From a virus (lineage: Duplodnaviria > Heunggongvirae > Uroviricota > Caudoviricetes): 34,950 nt of DNA. The stretch lies in the IMG/VR virus record IMGVR_UViG_2541047119_000014, one strand, 5' to 3'. Each line of letters starts with the position of its first letter. Position 1 is the first letter of the stretch. This document shows, piece after piece, positions 8,970-18,341 of the stretch. The notes beneath the pieces were generated by a model, which saw only the letters and a list, made by a program, of their open reading frames with translations, did not search any database and was not told where the DNA came from. The translations under genes and the position numbers were made by a program.

Positions 8970-9320
8970 GTGAGAAGTTATATTGATAATGAAAAACTGA
9001 AGACAATCAGCGACTGTCTTAGCTTGCTGGCAAAAATAAAAGAAACCATTGAAGAGATTAAATTTCAGCTTGAATACGAACCCTGTGGCGATGATACATG
9101 GCGTAACTCTGCCAGAAAAGCACTGGCTGTCTTTCAGAAACAACGCCGGACTGTTGAATACCGCCTTGCTGTATTGCGCCAGGAGGAAAAGGAAAGAAAT
9201 ATAAGACGTCATGAACTCGTTAATGATTTTCTTGTTCGTGAATTAAAGGAGCGTGTGCCGGAGTCGGTATTTTTTGAGTGTGAGGCTGTTGCCCGTAGCA
9301 AAGCACTGGAAACTGATTAA
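8970..9320 (+). CDS. Hypothetical coiled-coil protein
   Basis: In-frame GTG at 8970 preceded by GGGAGGTGA; the track ORF starts at 8928, so the start is ambiguous. Confidence 0.4.
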   Translation: MRSYIDNEKLKTISDCLSLLAKIKETIEEIKFQLEYEPCGDDTWRNSARKALAVFQKQRRTVEYRLAVLRQEEKERNIRRHELVNDFLVRELKERVPESVFFECEAVARSKALETD

Positions 9321-9332
9321 ACAGGCAGGTGA

Positions 9333-9668
9333 ATGATGAGTATTGAATTAAGATCGTCTTATGAATATCGTAAAATTCTCATCGCCGGAGGCATGAAACC
9401 GGAAGATGCAGAAAAAATCGTTTCTTTTATGGATAAAGAATGTGACAAACGGGATATGCCAGAAATTATTATGGATGACATGATTCTGCATTCAGCCGTA
9501 GCGTTAAGCCCGTTATGGATTGTGCATTCTCTTGCTGAAATTGCCAAAGGCACCGATAAACAGGCAGCTGTTGCTGCCCTTCAGACGCTTAATGAAATGC
9601 GTATATCTCCACGCCCGACATTAATACATATGATTCTGTCCAGCATGGAGGATAAAGCAAATGAATAG
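9333..9668 (+). CDS. Hypothetical protein
   Basis: 111 aa ORF in an AT-richer stretch. Confidence 0.45.
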   Translation: MMSIELRSSYEYRKILIAGGMKPEDAEKIVSFMDKECDKRDMPEIIMDDMILHSAVALSPLWIVHSLAEIAKGTDKQAAVAALQTLNEMRISPRPTLIHMILSSMEDKANE

Positions 9669-9858
9669 TCTACCCGCTGGATGGGCGCGGCCACTAATGG
9701 CCAGGAAGCATCATTTTTTTAAAACAGGCGAAAATATCAGTATATGTGGACGGTGGTTATATCTGGCTCATAATCGCGAGCCGGATACATTTGAAAGCCC
9801 TGATGACTGTGCCGAATGCCGCAGAAGAGTGAATAAGGAGAAAGATAATGGACAATAG
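9661..9858 (+). CDS. Hypothetical small Cys-containing protein
   Basis: 65 aa; CGRW...CAEC pattern. Confidence 0.35.
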   Translation: MNSLPAGWARPLMARKHHFFKTGENISICGRWLYLAHNREPDTFESPDDCAECRRRVNKEKDNGQ

Positions 9859-10144
9859 TTCTCTGTTGTTCTGGTGCTTATATATCACATCCTTTTTCGG
9901 CGCATTTGTTATTACCCGGTGGTTATGTCGAAAAATCATCTGCTTTTTTGATAAAAGACATCCGGTTGAACGGGCGGCTGATGCGCTCATTCAGCAGGCC
10001 ATTGTGTTATATAGCGGTGAATTTTTCTGCCGGATAACAACCAGAGATGGCTGGCACATAATGATTATTCCACCAACACACCATGCCCGGTGGGATGAGG
10101 CAGAAAAGGCTTTCCATGTCCGTAAAAAGGTAAATACGGTATGA
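9848..10144 (+). CDS. Hypothetical small membrane protein
   Basis: 98 aa; N-terminal hydrophobic helix LLFWCLYITSFFGAFVITRWL. Confidence 0.45.
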   Translation: MDNSSLLFWCLYITSFFGAFVITRWLCRKIICFFDKRHPVERAADALIQQAIVLYSGEFFCRITTRDGWHIMIIPPTHHARWDEAEKAFHVRKKVNTV

Positions 10145-10650
10145 GAGGAAAACTGATATCCGCCATTCATGTGGCAAAGCGCGAGCTTGCCCTGGATGAT
10201 GAGACTTATACATCCGCGCTGCTGGCAGCCACCGGCAAAACCAGCTGCCGGGATATGTCACCGGATGAGTTATCCCGCGTGCTGGATGTTTTCAAAAAAC
10301 GCGGTTTTAAAGTGCGTCAGAACCCGGTTAACCGGGCCTTAAAACCGGGTACGGTGACCGCCAAAATTCGCGCCATCTGGAAGGTGATGCTCCGGCAGGG
10401 CTTTATCACCGATGGTGCGGAAACCGCCCTTAACCGCTGGGTGAAATCGCAGACGGCCGCGCAGAACGGCGGCGAAGGTGTGGCAAACTGGCAGTGGCTG
10501 GAGCAACACCCCGCCCTGGCCTCAGATGTGCTGGAGCGTCTCAAGCGATGGCACCGCCGCAAAATGCTGGCCGCGATGGGAATGCCCGAACGCACGCTGA
10601 TGGGGTATGACGCCGTTTGCAGGCAGTATGAAAAATCACTTCCCCGTTAA
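10141..10650 (+). CDS. gemA: GemA-like regulatory protein (Mu gp16 family)
   Basis: 169 aa; N-terminus KLISAIHVAKRELALDDETYTSAL typical of the GemA family (from memory); position before Mor. Confidence 0.7.
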   Translation: MRGKLISAIHVAKRELALDDETYTSALLAATGKTSCRDMSPDELSRVLDVFKKRGFKVRQNPVNRALKPGTVTAKIRAIWKVMLRQGFITDGAETALNRWVKSQTAAQNGGEGVANWQWLEQHPALASDVLERLKRWHRRKMLAAMGMPERTLMGYDAVCRQYEKSLPR

Positions 10651-10652
10651 CC

Positions 10653-10686
10653 CCAAATCCCGCCACAACGCGGGATTTTTATTTTA
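10653..10686 (+). terminator. Rho-independent terminator after the early operon
   Basis: Hairpin aaatcccgc-cacaac-gcgggattt followed by TTATTTT. Confidence 0.75.
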
Positions 10687-10719
10687 AACTTACCGGGAAC
10701 GTGAGAACCGGAGGCTGAT

Positions 10720-11145
10720 ATGGCAGAAACTCAGATGAGCATGTTTGGTGGTGACAGTGAGCAACTGCACGCCCTTATCGACCGCCTTGATGACATCCCT
10801 GATGATGTTCTCAAAAAGAACTGGCCGCGGACCCTGTCAGAACTGGTTGAAGTCACCGGCGCAGAACTTCAGCGTCAGGGGATTGAGCCGGTACTGGCCG
10901 GTAAACTGGCACGCAAGGTGGCTGCGGCTCAGGCAGCCTATATGGGCGGACGGGGTTATTACCTGCCGGTCGGGGAATCTCTCTTTGCCGAGCTGCGAAA
11001 CAATGAGATATTTTCGCGCTGGGACCGGGGCGAGAAAATTGAATCCCTTCGCCGCCATTACCGGATGTCAGAAACCCAGATTTATACCGTCATACGTGAA
11101 CAGCGCCGTCTGCATCTGGCAAGAACGCAACCGCCACTTTTCTGA
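10720..11145 (+). CDS. Mor/C-family transcriptional activator
   Basis: 141 aa; C-terminal HTH ESLRRHYRMSETQIYTVIREQR; position between the early terminator and the lysis genes. Confidence 0.75.
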   Translation: MAETQMSMFGGDSEQLHALIDRLDDIPDDVLKKNWPRTLSELVEVTGAELQRQGIEPVLAGKLARKVAAAQAAYMGGRGYYLPVGESLFAELRNNEIFSRWDRGEKIESLRRHYRMSETQIYTVIREQRRLHLARTQPPLF

Positions 11146-11216
11146 TATTCCGCAAAGCCTGCCGCCTCTCCTTCACCGTTACGCTGACTCAGAGAACATC
11201 ATGAGACAGCGTAACA

Positions 11217-11717
11217 ATGCCAAAACTCCCCGCACCACTGCGTAAAAAGCTGATTGCCCTTGTTCTGGCCGGTGCCGGGACGTTCACGATTGCCACGCAT
11301 TACACCGGTTACTGGGAAGGGAAAGAAAACTCCACGTATATCGATCCCACCGGTACACCCACCATCTGTTACGGCCATACCGGCCCGGATGTGAAACCGG
11401 GTATGACCCTGACAGATGAAGAATGCCTGGAACTACTGGAAAAGGACATGAAATGGGCCTTTGCGGCCATTGATCGGCGTGTTCAGGTGCCGCTTACCCG
11501 TGGTCAGACGGTGGCGCTGGCTTCGTGGATCTTCTGGGCCGGTGAAACGAACTTTCGCAACTCCACGCTTCTGCGCCTGATCAATGCCGGGCAGATGCCC
11601 GCGTCCTGTAAGCAGTATATCCGCTGGATTTATTCAAAGGGGGTGAAACTCCCCGGCCTTGAGGCCCGCCGTTCGGCGGATGAATGGTTATGTCGCTACG
11701 ACTTGCCGAAAGTCTGA
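11217..11717 (+). CDS. Endolysin, lysozyme-like, probably signal-anchor-release type
   Basis: 166 aa; N-terminal hydrophobic segment LIALVLAGAGTFTIATHY followed by a lysozyme-like catalytic region (YWEG...YIDPTGTPTICYGHTG). Confidence 0.8.
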   Translation: MPKLPAPLRKKLIALVLAGAGTFTIATHYTGYWEGKENSTYIDPTGTPTICYGHTGPDVKPGMTLTDEECLELLEKDMKWAFAAIDRRVQVPLTRGQTVALASWIFWAGETNFRNSTLLRLINAGQMPASCKQYIRWIYSKGVKLPGLEARRSADEWLCRYDLPKV

Positions 11718-11790
11718 ACCGCTTCTGGCGACCGCTCATGATAGCGCTGCTGTGTGCGGTACTGCTGTTACGGGGTGTCCTGTGGCTGCG

Positions 11791-12180
11791 GTGAATAATG
11801 CCTTACCGGCCCTGATTGCCGGGGCGTGCATGGCGGCGCTGGGGATTATCGCTGTACTGGTTGCCGCTATATGGGGAATGCACCAGAAGACGCAGCGCCT
11901 TGAAGACAATAATCAGGTGCTTGTGCGTGAGCGGGATGAGGCGCGTCAGGTGCTGGCAAATCAGCAGCACACCCTGCAACTCATTTCACAAATCAGTGAG
12001 GCGGCCACGAATGAAAAACAACAGAACATTCAGCACAGCGAGGGACAGCAGAGCGTTGTCCGCCGGTCGCTGGCAGCGGTGCCTGCGGCCTCTGCCCCTG
12101 TTCCTGATGATGTGGCTGATCGGGTGCGCCGGGCCGTCTGTGAAATACGTGCCTGTGAAGCCGGTGCCGATCCCCGCTGA
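11791..12180 (+). CDS. i-spanin (Rz-like): N-terminal TM helix plus periplasmic coiled coil
   Basis: TM segment ALPALIAGACMAALGIIAVLVAAIWGM then a charged coiled-coil region; start ambiguous (GTG at 11791 or ATG at 11830). Confidence 0.6.
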   Translation: MNNALPALIAGACMAALGIIAVLVAAIWGMHQKTQRLEDNNQVLVRERDEARQVLANQQHTLQLISQISEAATNEKQQNIQHSEGQQSVVRRSLAAVPAASAPVPDDVADRVRRAVCEIRACEAGADPR

Positions 12181-12382
12181 ATGGCTGGCTGACTGCCTGG
12201 TCCCTCCTGTGCCGGAGCCGTTCACGTTTGGGGCATCGGTCACTTACAACCTGCAACTGCTGGCGGTGATCAAGAACTGCAACGTGGACAAGGCCAGTAT
12301 TCGTCGTCTGGAGGCGCGGCGACAACATGAATTTACTGATATGGCCGGAACGCCTGCTGTTCCGGCAGGAAAGACGAAGTAA
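12011..12382 (+). CDS. o-spanin (Rz1-like outer-membrane lipoprotein), overlapping the i-spanin in the +1 frame
   Basis: ATG at 12011; signal peptide with lipobox LIGC (MKNNRTFS...LPLFLMMWLIGCAGPS); Pro-rich mature part; overlapped architecture typical of spanin pairs. Confidence 0.7.
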   Translation: MKNNRTFSTARDSRALSAGRWQRCLRPLPLFLMMWLIGCAGPSVKYVPVKPVPIPAEWLADCLVPPVPEPFTFGASVTYNLQLLAVIKNCNVDKASIRRLEARRQHEFTDMAGTPAVPAGKTK

Positions 12383-12392
12383 GGAAAAAGGT

Positions 12393-12620
12393 ATGGATGA
12401 TTCAGATCGTGCTCAGGCTGTGATGGAGCGGGGATCAGAACGCGCCCTTTGTAACCGGCTGACACGTAAGCGCCGGGCAATGGATGCTCCGGGCAGACGT
12501 GTCTGCGCGGACTGTGGCGGAGAGATCCCCGCCGCACGTCTTGTTGCTGTGCCGGATGCCATCCGTTGTGTGAACTGCCAGAACATCATGGAGGCCCGTC
12601 ATGTGGGTCAGCATCGTTAA
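12393..12620 (+). CDS. TraR/DksA-family C4 zinc-finger protein
   Basis: ATG at 12393 with AAGGAAAAAG RBS; CADCGGEIPAARL...CVNCQ zinc-finger motif. Confidence 0.7.
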   Translation: MDDSDRAQAVMERGSERALCNRLTRKRRAMDAPGRRVCADCGGEIPAARLVAVPDAIRCVNCQNIMEARHVGQHR

Positions 12621-12912
12621 AGATTATGTTGTGCCGATCCTTTCGGCGACGGCAACCGCTGGCGGGATATTCATGGCGCTGATGCGCAAAACGTTTGTCC
12701 CCCGCGAGGCCTTTGAAAAACTCTCCGACCGCGTTGAGAAGGTGGAAACCCGCCTGTCGTCACTGCCGACAGAAGCTGAGGTCAACCGTCTGAATGTGGA
12801 AATCGTGACCCTGCGGGGTGAACTGAAAACCACGAACGCCACGCTCCGCTCTGTCTCCTATCAGAACGAACTGCTGCTGGAGCAGGCGGTAAGGAAAAAA
12901 ACGAATGAGTAA
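12601..12912 (+). CDS. Hypothetical membrane/coiled-coil protein (late region)
   Basis: 103 aa; N-terminal hydrophobic helix then coiled coil. Confidence 0.5.
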   Translation: MWVSIVKDYVVPILSATATAGGIFMALMRKTFVPREAFEKLSDRVEKVETRLSSLPTEAEVNRLNVEIVTLRGELKTTNATLRSVSYQNELLLEQAVRKKTNE

Positions 12913-13195
12913 TTTCATTACTGAAGATCAGCGTCTGGTCATTCTGCGGTCGCTGGCAGATTACAACGGTGAACTGGGTGAATCCGTGCTCCAGGACTGT
13001 CTGGATGATTACGGCCACCGCGTGTCCCGCGACACCGTTCACACCCACATTGCCTGGCTTGCCGAGCAGGGACTGGTGCGCAAACGCGTTCTGATTAACG
13101 GTTATTTCATCGCGGAACTGACCGGCCGGGGGCAGGATGTGGCGGAAGGCCGCGCCAGCGTTCCGGGTGTGAAGAAACCACGCGCAAGGGGGTAA
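12905..13195 (+). CDS. Hypothetical phage protein (Mu gp26 position)
   Basis: 96 aa ORF, translationally coupled to its neighbours. Confidence 0.5.
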   Translation: MSNFITEDQRLVILRSLADYNGELGESVLQDCLDDYGHRVSRDTVHTHIAWLAEQGLVRKRVLINGYFIAELTGRGQDVAEGRASVPGVKKPRARG

Positions 13196-13197
13196 CG

Positions 13198-13779
13198 ATG
13201 GACAAGCCGACGCGTGGACGCGTGCGCAAGGTGGATTTGCTCCCCGACAGCATCCGTAAGCCACTGCTGGAAATGCTGCGTGAAAAACGTCTGACGCAGG
13301 TCCAGATACGCGAGGAAATCAACCGTCTGATCCGTGAGGCGGGCCTGCCGGAAGAGCAGCAGCTTTCACCGGCGGCCATCAGCCGGGAAGCCTCCCGTAA
13401 TGAGCTGATTGCCCGTAACCTGCGTGATTTACGCGAGCAGACAAAAGCCATGATGGCCGAACTGGGGGACAAGCCAACCGGTGAAACCACTGCATTGATC
13501 CTGGAGATGTCCCGCGCCCTGATGTACCGCCGTCTGCGTGCCGCGACCGAATCCCTGAACAGTGACAGCGACGTGGATATGCGTCTTATTAAGGACATCC
13601 TCCTGTCAGCACAGCGTGCGGAAAGTGCCGCCGAGCGCAGCATTAAGCGTGAAAAAGAAATCCGGGCCGCATTTGCTGAAGAGATGGCAAACGCCGTCAC
13701 CGACGAGCTGCGCGGCGTGGACGGGATGAGTGAACAGCTTGAGTCCCGTATTAAGGGGATTCTGTTGGGTAAAGCCTGA
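13198..13779 (+). CDS. Putative terminase small subunit (Mu gp27-like)
   Basis: 193 aa, immediately upstream of and overlapping the large terminase; charged helical protein. Confidence 0.65.
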   Translation: MDKPTRGRVRKVDLLPDSIRKPLLEMLREKRLTQVQIREEINRLIREAGLPEEQQLSPAAISREASRNELIARNLRDLREQTKAMMAELGDKPTGETTALILEMSRALMYRRLRAATESLNSDSDVDMRLIKDILLSAQRAESAAERSIKREKEIRAAFAEEMANAVTDELRGVDGMSEQLESRIKGILLGKA

Positions 13780-15443
13780 TGAATAACGCCGAAGAACTCT
13801 CCCCCTTACTGACGAATACCGTCTCCACCCGCAAAATTGATCTGGCCGGTGAAAAAGCCCTGCTGGGCGTGGATGTGCCGGACAGCCTTGATTTGCCCGG
13901 TGATATGCCGGTATTTCTGGATTATCAGGCCCGCTGGTTTGAGGATGAAAGCGAGGTCTGCATCGCGGAAAAATCCCGCCGCACCGGGCTTACCTGGGCG
14001 GAAGCCGGGCGTAACGTCATTACCGCCGCAAAGCCTAAGCGGCGTGGTGGCCGCAATGTGTTTTATGTGGGGTCAAAGCAGGAGATGGCGCTGGAATATA
14101 TTTCTGCCTGCGCACTGTTCTCCCGTGCCTTTAACCAGCTGGCAGATGCTGATGTGTATGAGCAGACCTTCTGGGATCGGGATAAAAAAGAAGAAATTCT
14201 GACCTACATGATCCGCTTTCCGAACAGTGGATTCAAAATTCAGGCACTGTCTTCCCGTCCGTCAAACCTGCGCGGCCTTCAGGGGGATGTGGTGATTGAT
14301 GAAGCCGCGTTCCACGAGTCACTGGATGAGCTTCTCAAGGCGGCAATGGCGCTCACCATGTGGGGCGCGCGCGTGCGTATTATCTCCACGCATAACGGCG
14401 TCGATAATCTGTTTAATCAGTACATTCAGGAAGCCCGCGAAGGGCGCAAGGATTACAGCGTCCACCGCATTACCCTGGATGATGCCATTGCGGACGGGCT
14501 GTACCGTCGTATCTGTTATGTCACCGGCCGCGAATGGTCACCGGAAAGCGAGCAGAAGTGGCGTGATGATCTCTACAAAAACGCCCCGACCCGTGAGGAT
14601 GCCGACGAGGAATACGGCTGTATCCCGAAAAAATCCGGCGGTGCCTATATTCCTCACGCACTTATTGAAATGGCGATGATCCGCGACATCCCGATTCTGA
14701 CGTTTGAAGCCCCGGACGACTTCATCAGCCGTGCCGCATGGCTGCGTGAATCGGAGGTTTTAACCTGGTGTGAAGAACATTTAAAACCGCTTTTAGAGGC
14801 GTTAAATCCCCGTTCCCGCTTCAGCTTCGGGGAAGACTTTGCCCGCACCGGTGACCTCTCCTGCTTTGTGCTGCTGGAAATCACTGAATCCCTGGCAAAA
14901 CGCGAGGTGTTTCGCGTGGAGCTGCGCAACCTGCCGTATGCCCAGCAGGAGCAGGTGATGATGTACATCCTGACCCGCGTTCCGGCGCTGGTCGGTGCGG
15001 CGTTCGACGCCACCGGTAACGGCGGCTATCTGGCCGAAGCCGCGCTGCTGGCCTTTGGCCCGGACATCATCGACTGCGTGATGTTATCGCCGAAGTGGTA
15101 CGGCGAGTGGATGCCAAAACTGAAGGCCGAGTTTGAGGATCAGAATATCCTCATCGCCCGCCATCAGACCACGCTTGATGATTTGCGCCATGTGAAGGTG
15201 GTGAACGGTATCCCGCAAATCGACAAGGGGCGCACGAAGGACCAGAACGCAACGGCTGTGAACGCCCGCCGCCATGGCGATTTTGCCGTGGCGCTCTGTA
15301 TGGCAAACCGGGCGTCATACATGGAGGGCTTCATCCTGGATAAATCAGCCTGTCAGGCGCTGCCGGAGCGGTTGCGGGCAATGGAGGGCGGTTATCGTGA
15401 TGACGATGAGGCATATCATGAATTTGATCGGGGGTGCTGGTAG
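13779..15443 (+). CDS. Terminase large subunit (Mu gp28-like)
   Basis: 554 aa; position and size; ATPase/nuclease-type segments (VFYVGSKQ, VVIDEAAF). Confidence 0.88.
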   Translation: MNNAEELSPLLTNTVSTRKIDLAGEKALLGVDVPDSLDLPGDMPVFLDYQARWFEDESEVCIAEKSRRTGLTWAEAGRNVITAAKPKRRGGRNVFYVGSKQEMALEYISACALFSRAFNQLADADVYEQTFWDRDKKEEILTYMIRFPNSGFKIQALSSRPSNLRGLQGDVVIDEAAFHESLDELLKAAMALTMWGARVRIISTHNGVDNLFNQYIQEAREGRKDYSVHRITLDDAIADGLYRRICYVTGREWSPESEQKWRDDLYKNAPTREDADEEYGCIPKKSGGAYIPHALIEMAMIRDIPILTFEAPDDFISRAAWLRESEVLTWCEEHLKPLLEALNPRSRFSFGEDFARTGDLSCFVLLEITESLAKREVFRVELRNLPYAQQEQVMMYILTRVPALVGAAFDATGNGGYLAEAALLAFGPDIIDCVMLSPKWYGEWMPKLKAEFEDQNILIARHQTTLDDLRHVKVVNGIPQIDKGRTKDQNATAVNARRHGDFAVALCMANRASYMEGFILDKSACQALPERLRAMEGGYRDDDEAYHEFDRGCW

Positions 15444-17032
15444 TGGGACGCATAATTGATCTTGACGGAAAACCTTTCTCCTTTGACCCGGAGATGCAGA
15501 GTGCCGCGCTGGATATTCCGCAGATTGCCAGCCGTTATATTGAACATCCGGCCTCGGGTATCACCCCGAACCGGGCGGCACAGTGCCTTCGCGGGGCTGA
15601 ACGTGGCGATCTGATTGCCCAGTCCGATCTGGCCGCTGACATTGAAGAAAAGGATACCCACCTTTTTGCAGAGCTGGGCAAGCGACGCCTTGCCATTCAG
15701 GGGGTGCCATGGAGTATTGAGCCGCCCCCGAACGCCAGCGCGAATGAGAAAAAGGACGCGGAAATGCTCGACGAATATCTGCATTCCGCCGACTGGTTTG
15801 ATGCCATGCTGTTTGATGCCACCGATGCTATCCTGAAAGGCTATTCCTGCATGGAGATTGAGCACGGGATGCTCGGTAAAATGCACATCATCCGCGCCAT
15901 CCGCTGGCGTGACAGCGGGCATTTCTGCCTTAACCCGGATGATTTGAGCGAACTGCGGCTGCGTGACGGCAGCCATGCCGGGGTGGCGTTTCAGCCCTTT
16001 GGCTGGATAGTGCATCAGTCACGTTCACGCACCGGTTACGGCGGCGCAACGGGGCTTGTCAGGACGCTTATCTGGCCGTTCATTTTCAAAAACTATTCCG
16101 TGCGCGATCTGGCTGAATTTCTGGAGGTGTACGGCCTGCCGATGAAGGTCGGTAAATACCCGTCCGGGGCAACGCCGGAGCAGAAAAGCGCCCTGATGCG
16201 GGCGGTGATGGATATCGGGCGACGTACAGGCGGGATCATCCCGGCCGGGATGTCTCTGGAGTTTCAGGCAGCCGCGAACGGTCAGGCCGATCCGTTTGAA
16301 ACCATGATTTCGTGGGGGGAGCGTTCCATCTCCAAAGCAATACTCGGCGGCACGCTGACCACGGAAGCCGGAGACAAAGGCGCGCGCTCGCTGGGTGAAG
16401 TGCATAACGAGGTGCGCCGGGAAATCAGGAATTCTGATTTACGTCAGCTGGCCGCCACGCTGAACCGCGATCTGGTGTATCCGCTGTATGCCCTGAACAC
16501 CGCCCACGCCATTGATATCCGTCGCCTGCCGCGTATCTGTTTCCAGACAAAAGAGCCGGGGGATATCACCAAAATCACCAGTGCGGTGATGCAGCTCAGT
16601 ACGGGGATGGATATTCCTGATCCCTGGGTACGGGAGCAGACCGGTATTCCACAGCCTGCCCCCGGTGAAGCCATCTTCCGTGTCCGTCAGAGTGGCAATG
16701 AACCTGCTCAGACAGACAAAGAGATGCCACCGGAAAAACAGGAGAAGACAGAGCAGACAGCGCTGGCTGCCAGACTGCCGGAAGCGAAGAGCAGCCCCCG
16801 AGATGAACTGGACGACATGGGGGATGCGGTGCCTGCCCGCCGGTTACAGGAGGCCATCGACCCGGTACTGGAGCCGGTCATTGAAGCCATCAGAACGCGG
16901 GGGCTGGCGGAGGCACTGGCAGACCTGCCTGCCCTTTACCGTGAAATGGATGATTCCCGCCTGATGACGCTGCTCAGTGATGCCATGTTTGCTGCGGAAA
17001 TGAAGGGGATGCTGGATGGCACAGGGGATTGA
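15434..17032 (+). CDS. Portal protein (Mu gp29-like)
   Basis: 532 aa following the terminase; acidic C-terminus; Mu-like order. Confidence 0.85.
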   Translation: MLVVGRIIDLDGKPFSFDPEMQSAALDIPQIASRYIEHPASGITPNRAAQCLRGAERGDLIAQSDLAADIEEKDTHLFAELGKRRLAIQGVPWSIEPPPNASANEKKDAEMLDEYLHSADWFDAMLFDATDAILKGYSCMEIEHGMLGKMHIIRAIRWRDSGHFCLNPDDLSELRLRDGSHAGVAFQPFGWIVHQSRSRTGYGGATGLVRTLIWPFIFKNYSVRDLAEFLEVYGLPMKVGKYPSGATPEQKSALMRAVMDIGRRTGGIIPAGMSLEFQAAANGQADPFETMISWGERSISKAILGGTLTTEAGDKGARSLGEVHNEVRREIRNSDLRQLAATLNRDLVYPLYALNTAHAIDIRRLPRICFQTKEPGDITKITSAVMQLSTGMDIPDPWVREQTGIPQPAPGEAIFRVRQSGNEPAQTDKEMPPEKQEKTEQTALAARLPEAKSSPRDELDDMGDAVPARRLQEAIDPVLEPVIEAIRTRGLAEALADLPALYREMDDSRLMTLLSDAMFAAEMKGMLDGTGD

Positions 17033-18341
17033 TTTAGGTTATGCCGCCACGCTTCCCTCAAAAGAGGCGGTGGCATACTTCCGCGCCAAAGGGGCGCATA
17101 TCAGCTGGAACTGGTTCGAAACAAACGCAGATGTTCATGCCCGTTCATTCACGGCGGCAAAAGTGGCACGCCTGGACGTACTGACCACACTACAGGCGGA
17201 AGTGCAGCGTGCTGTTGATGAGGGGATTTCACAGAAAGCATTTATCCGCACACTGACACCCCGCCTGCAAAAGCTGGGATGGTGGGGAAAACAGATTGTG
17301 GTGGACAGTGCCGGTAACGCGGAAGAAGTGCAGCTGGGCAGTCCCCGCCGTCTGGCGCTGATTTACAACGTGAACACCCGTGTGGCTTACAATGCCGGGC
17401 GTTACACGCAGATGATGAACAACACGGACACGCATCCGTTCTGGCAGTATGTGGCGGTGATGGACAGCCGCACCCGCCCGGCGCATTCCGCCCTTAACGG
17501 TCTGGTATTCCGCTATGACGATCCGTTCTGGAATACACACTACCCGCCCAATGGCTGGAACTGTCGCTGCCGTGTCCGGCCATTGTCTCAGGCCCGTCTG
17601 GATGCGATGGGGCTGTCTGTTTCATCCGGTCAGGATCATCTCTCCACCCGCAATGTTGAGGCTGGCGTGGATAAGCAGACCGGGGAAGTCAGAGAAATGC
17701 CGGTGACCACATATTCAGATGGCACCAGAACCATGACACCGGATGTGGGCTGGTCATATAACCCCGGTTCGGCGGCGTTCGGCACAGACCAGGCGCTGCT
17801 CCGCAAGTTGATCGAGGTGAAAAGCCCGGAGTTACGGGAAATGGTGGTTCAGGAGATGAACAACAGCCCGGAGCGGCAGCTGGCGTTCCGCATCTGGGCA
17901 AAAAACATCATGAAAACCCGGCGAGGCGGTAACGATATCCGCACGCTGGGCTTTATGACCGAAAGTATTGCGCAGGCGGTGGAAAGCCGGACGGGAACGC
18001 CACCGGCCCGCCTGCTGGCGATGAGCGGTAAAAATGTGCTCCATGCGGACAGCGTGAAACATCAGAATGACGGTATCGCCCTGACGCCGGAGGATTTCGG
18101 GCGATTACCGGCAATGCTGGCCGCGCCTGATGCCGTGCTGTGGGATCATGTCCATCAGAACCTGCTTTACATCACTGAAACCCGTGACGGAACGGCAAAG
18201 ATTGCCGTCAATGCGCCTTATGGTGTGAAGCGCCAGCCGGATAAGCTGGATGTGGTAATTAATGCTTACCGGGTAAATAAATTTGATATTGAAAAAGCAA
18301 TAGAGGGCGGAAAGCTGGAACTACTGGAAGGTAAATTGTAA
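17016..18341 (+). CDS. Head morphogenesis protein (Mu F-like)
   Basis: 441 aa after the portal. Confidence 0.8.
   Translation: MAQGIDLGYAATLPSKEAVAYFRAKGAHISWNWFETNADVHARSFTAAKVARLDVLTTLQAEVQRAVDEGISQKAFIRTLTPRLQKLGWWGKQIVVDSAGNAEEVQLGSPRRLALIYNVNTRVAYNAGRYTQMMNNTDTHPFWQYVAVMDSRTRPAHSALNGLVFRYDDPFWNTHYPPNGWNCRCRVRPLSQARLDAMGLSVSSGQDHLSTRNVEAGVDKQTGEVREMPVTTYSDGTRTMTPDVGWSYNPGSAAFGTDQALLRKLIEVKSPELREMVVQEMNNSPERQLAFRIWAKNIMKTRRGGNDIRTLGFMTESIAQAVESRTGTPPARLLAMSGKNVLHADSVKHQNDGIALTPEDFGRLPAMLAAPDAVLWDHVHQNLLYITETRDGTAKIAVNAPYGVKRQPDKLDVVINAYRVNKFDIEKAIEGGKLELLEGKL

Noticed and set aside
10745-11245. 166-aa + strand ORF overlapping the Mor/C-family gene in another frame
   Set aside because: The 10720 frame carries the conserved C-terminal HTH; the overlapping frame has no recognisable features.
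11659-11790. Upstream extension of the i-spanin ORF into the endolysin gene
   Set aside because: Would overlap the endolysin 3' end by 60-130 bp; the TM helix begins after 11791, so the shorter start is preferred.
13107-13700. 197-aa minus-strand ORF
   Set aside because: Antisense to the small-terminase-like gene; Arg/Ser-rich low-complexity translation typical of a reverse frame.
15416-16015. 199-aa minus-strand ORF
   Set aside because: Antisense within the portal gene.
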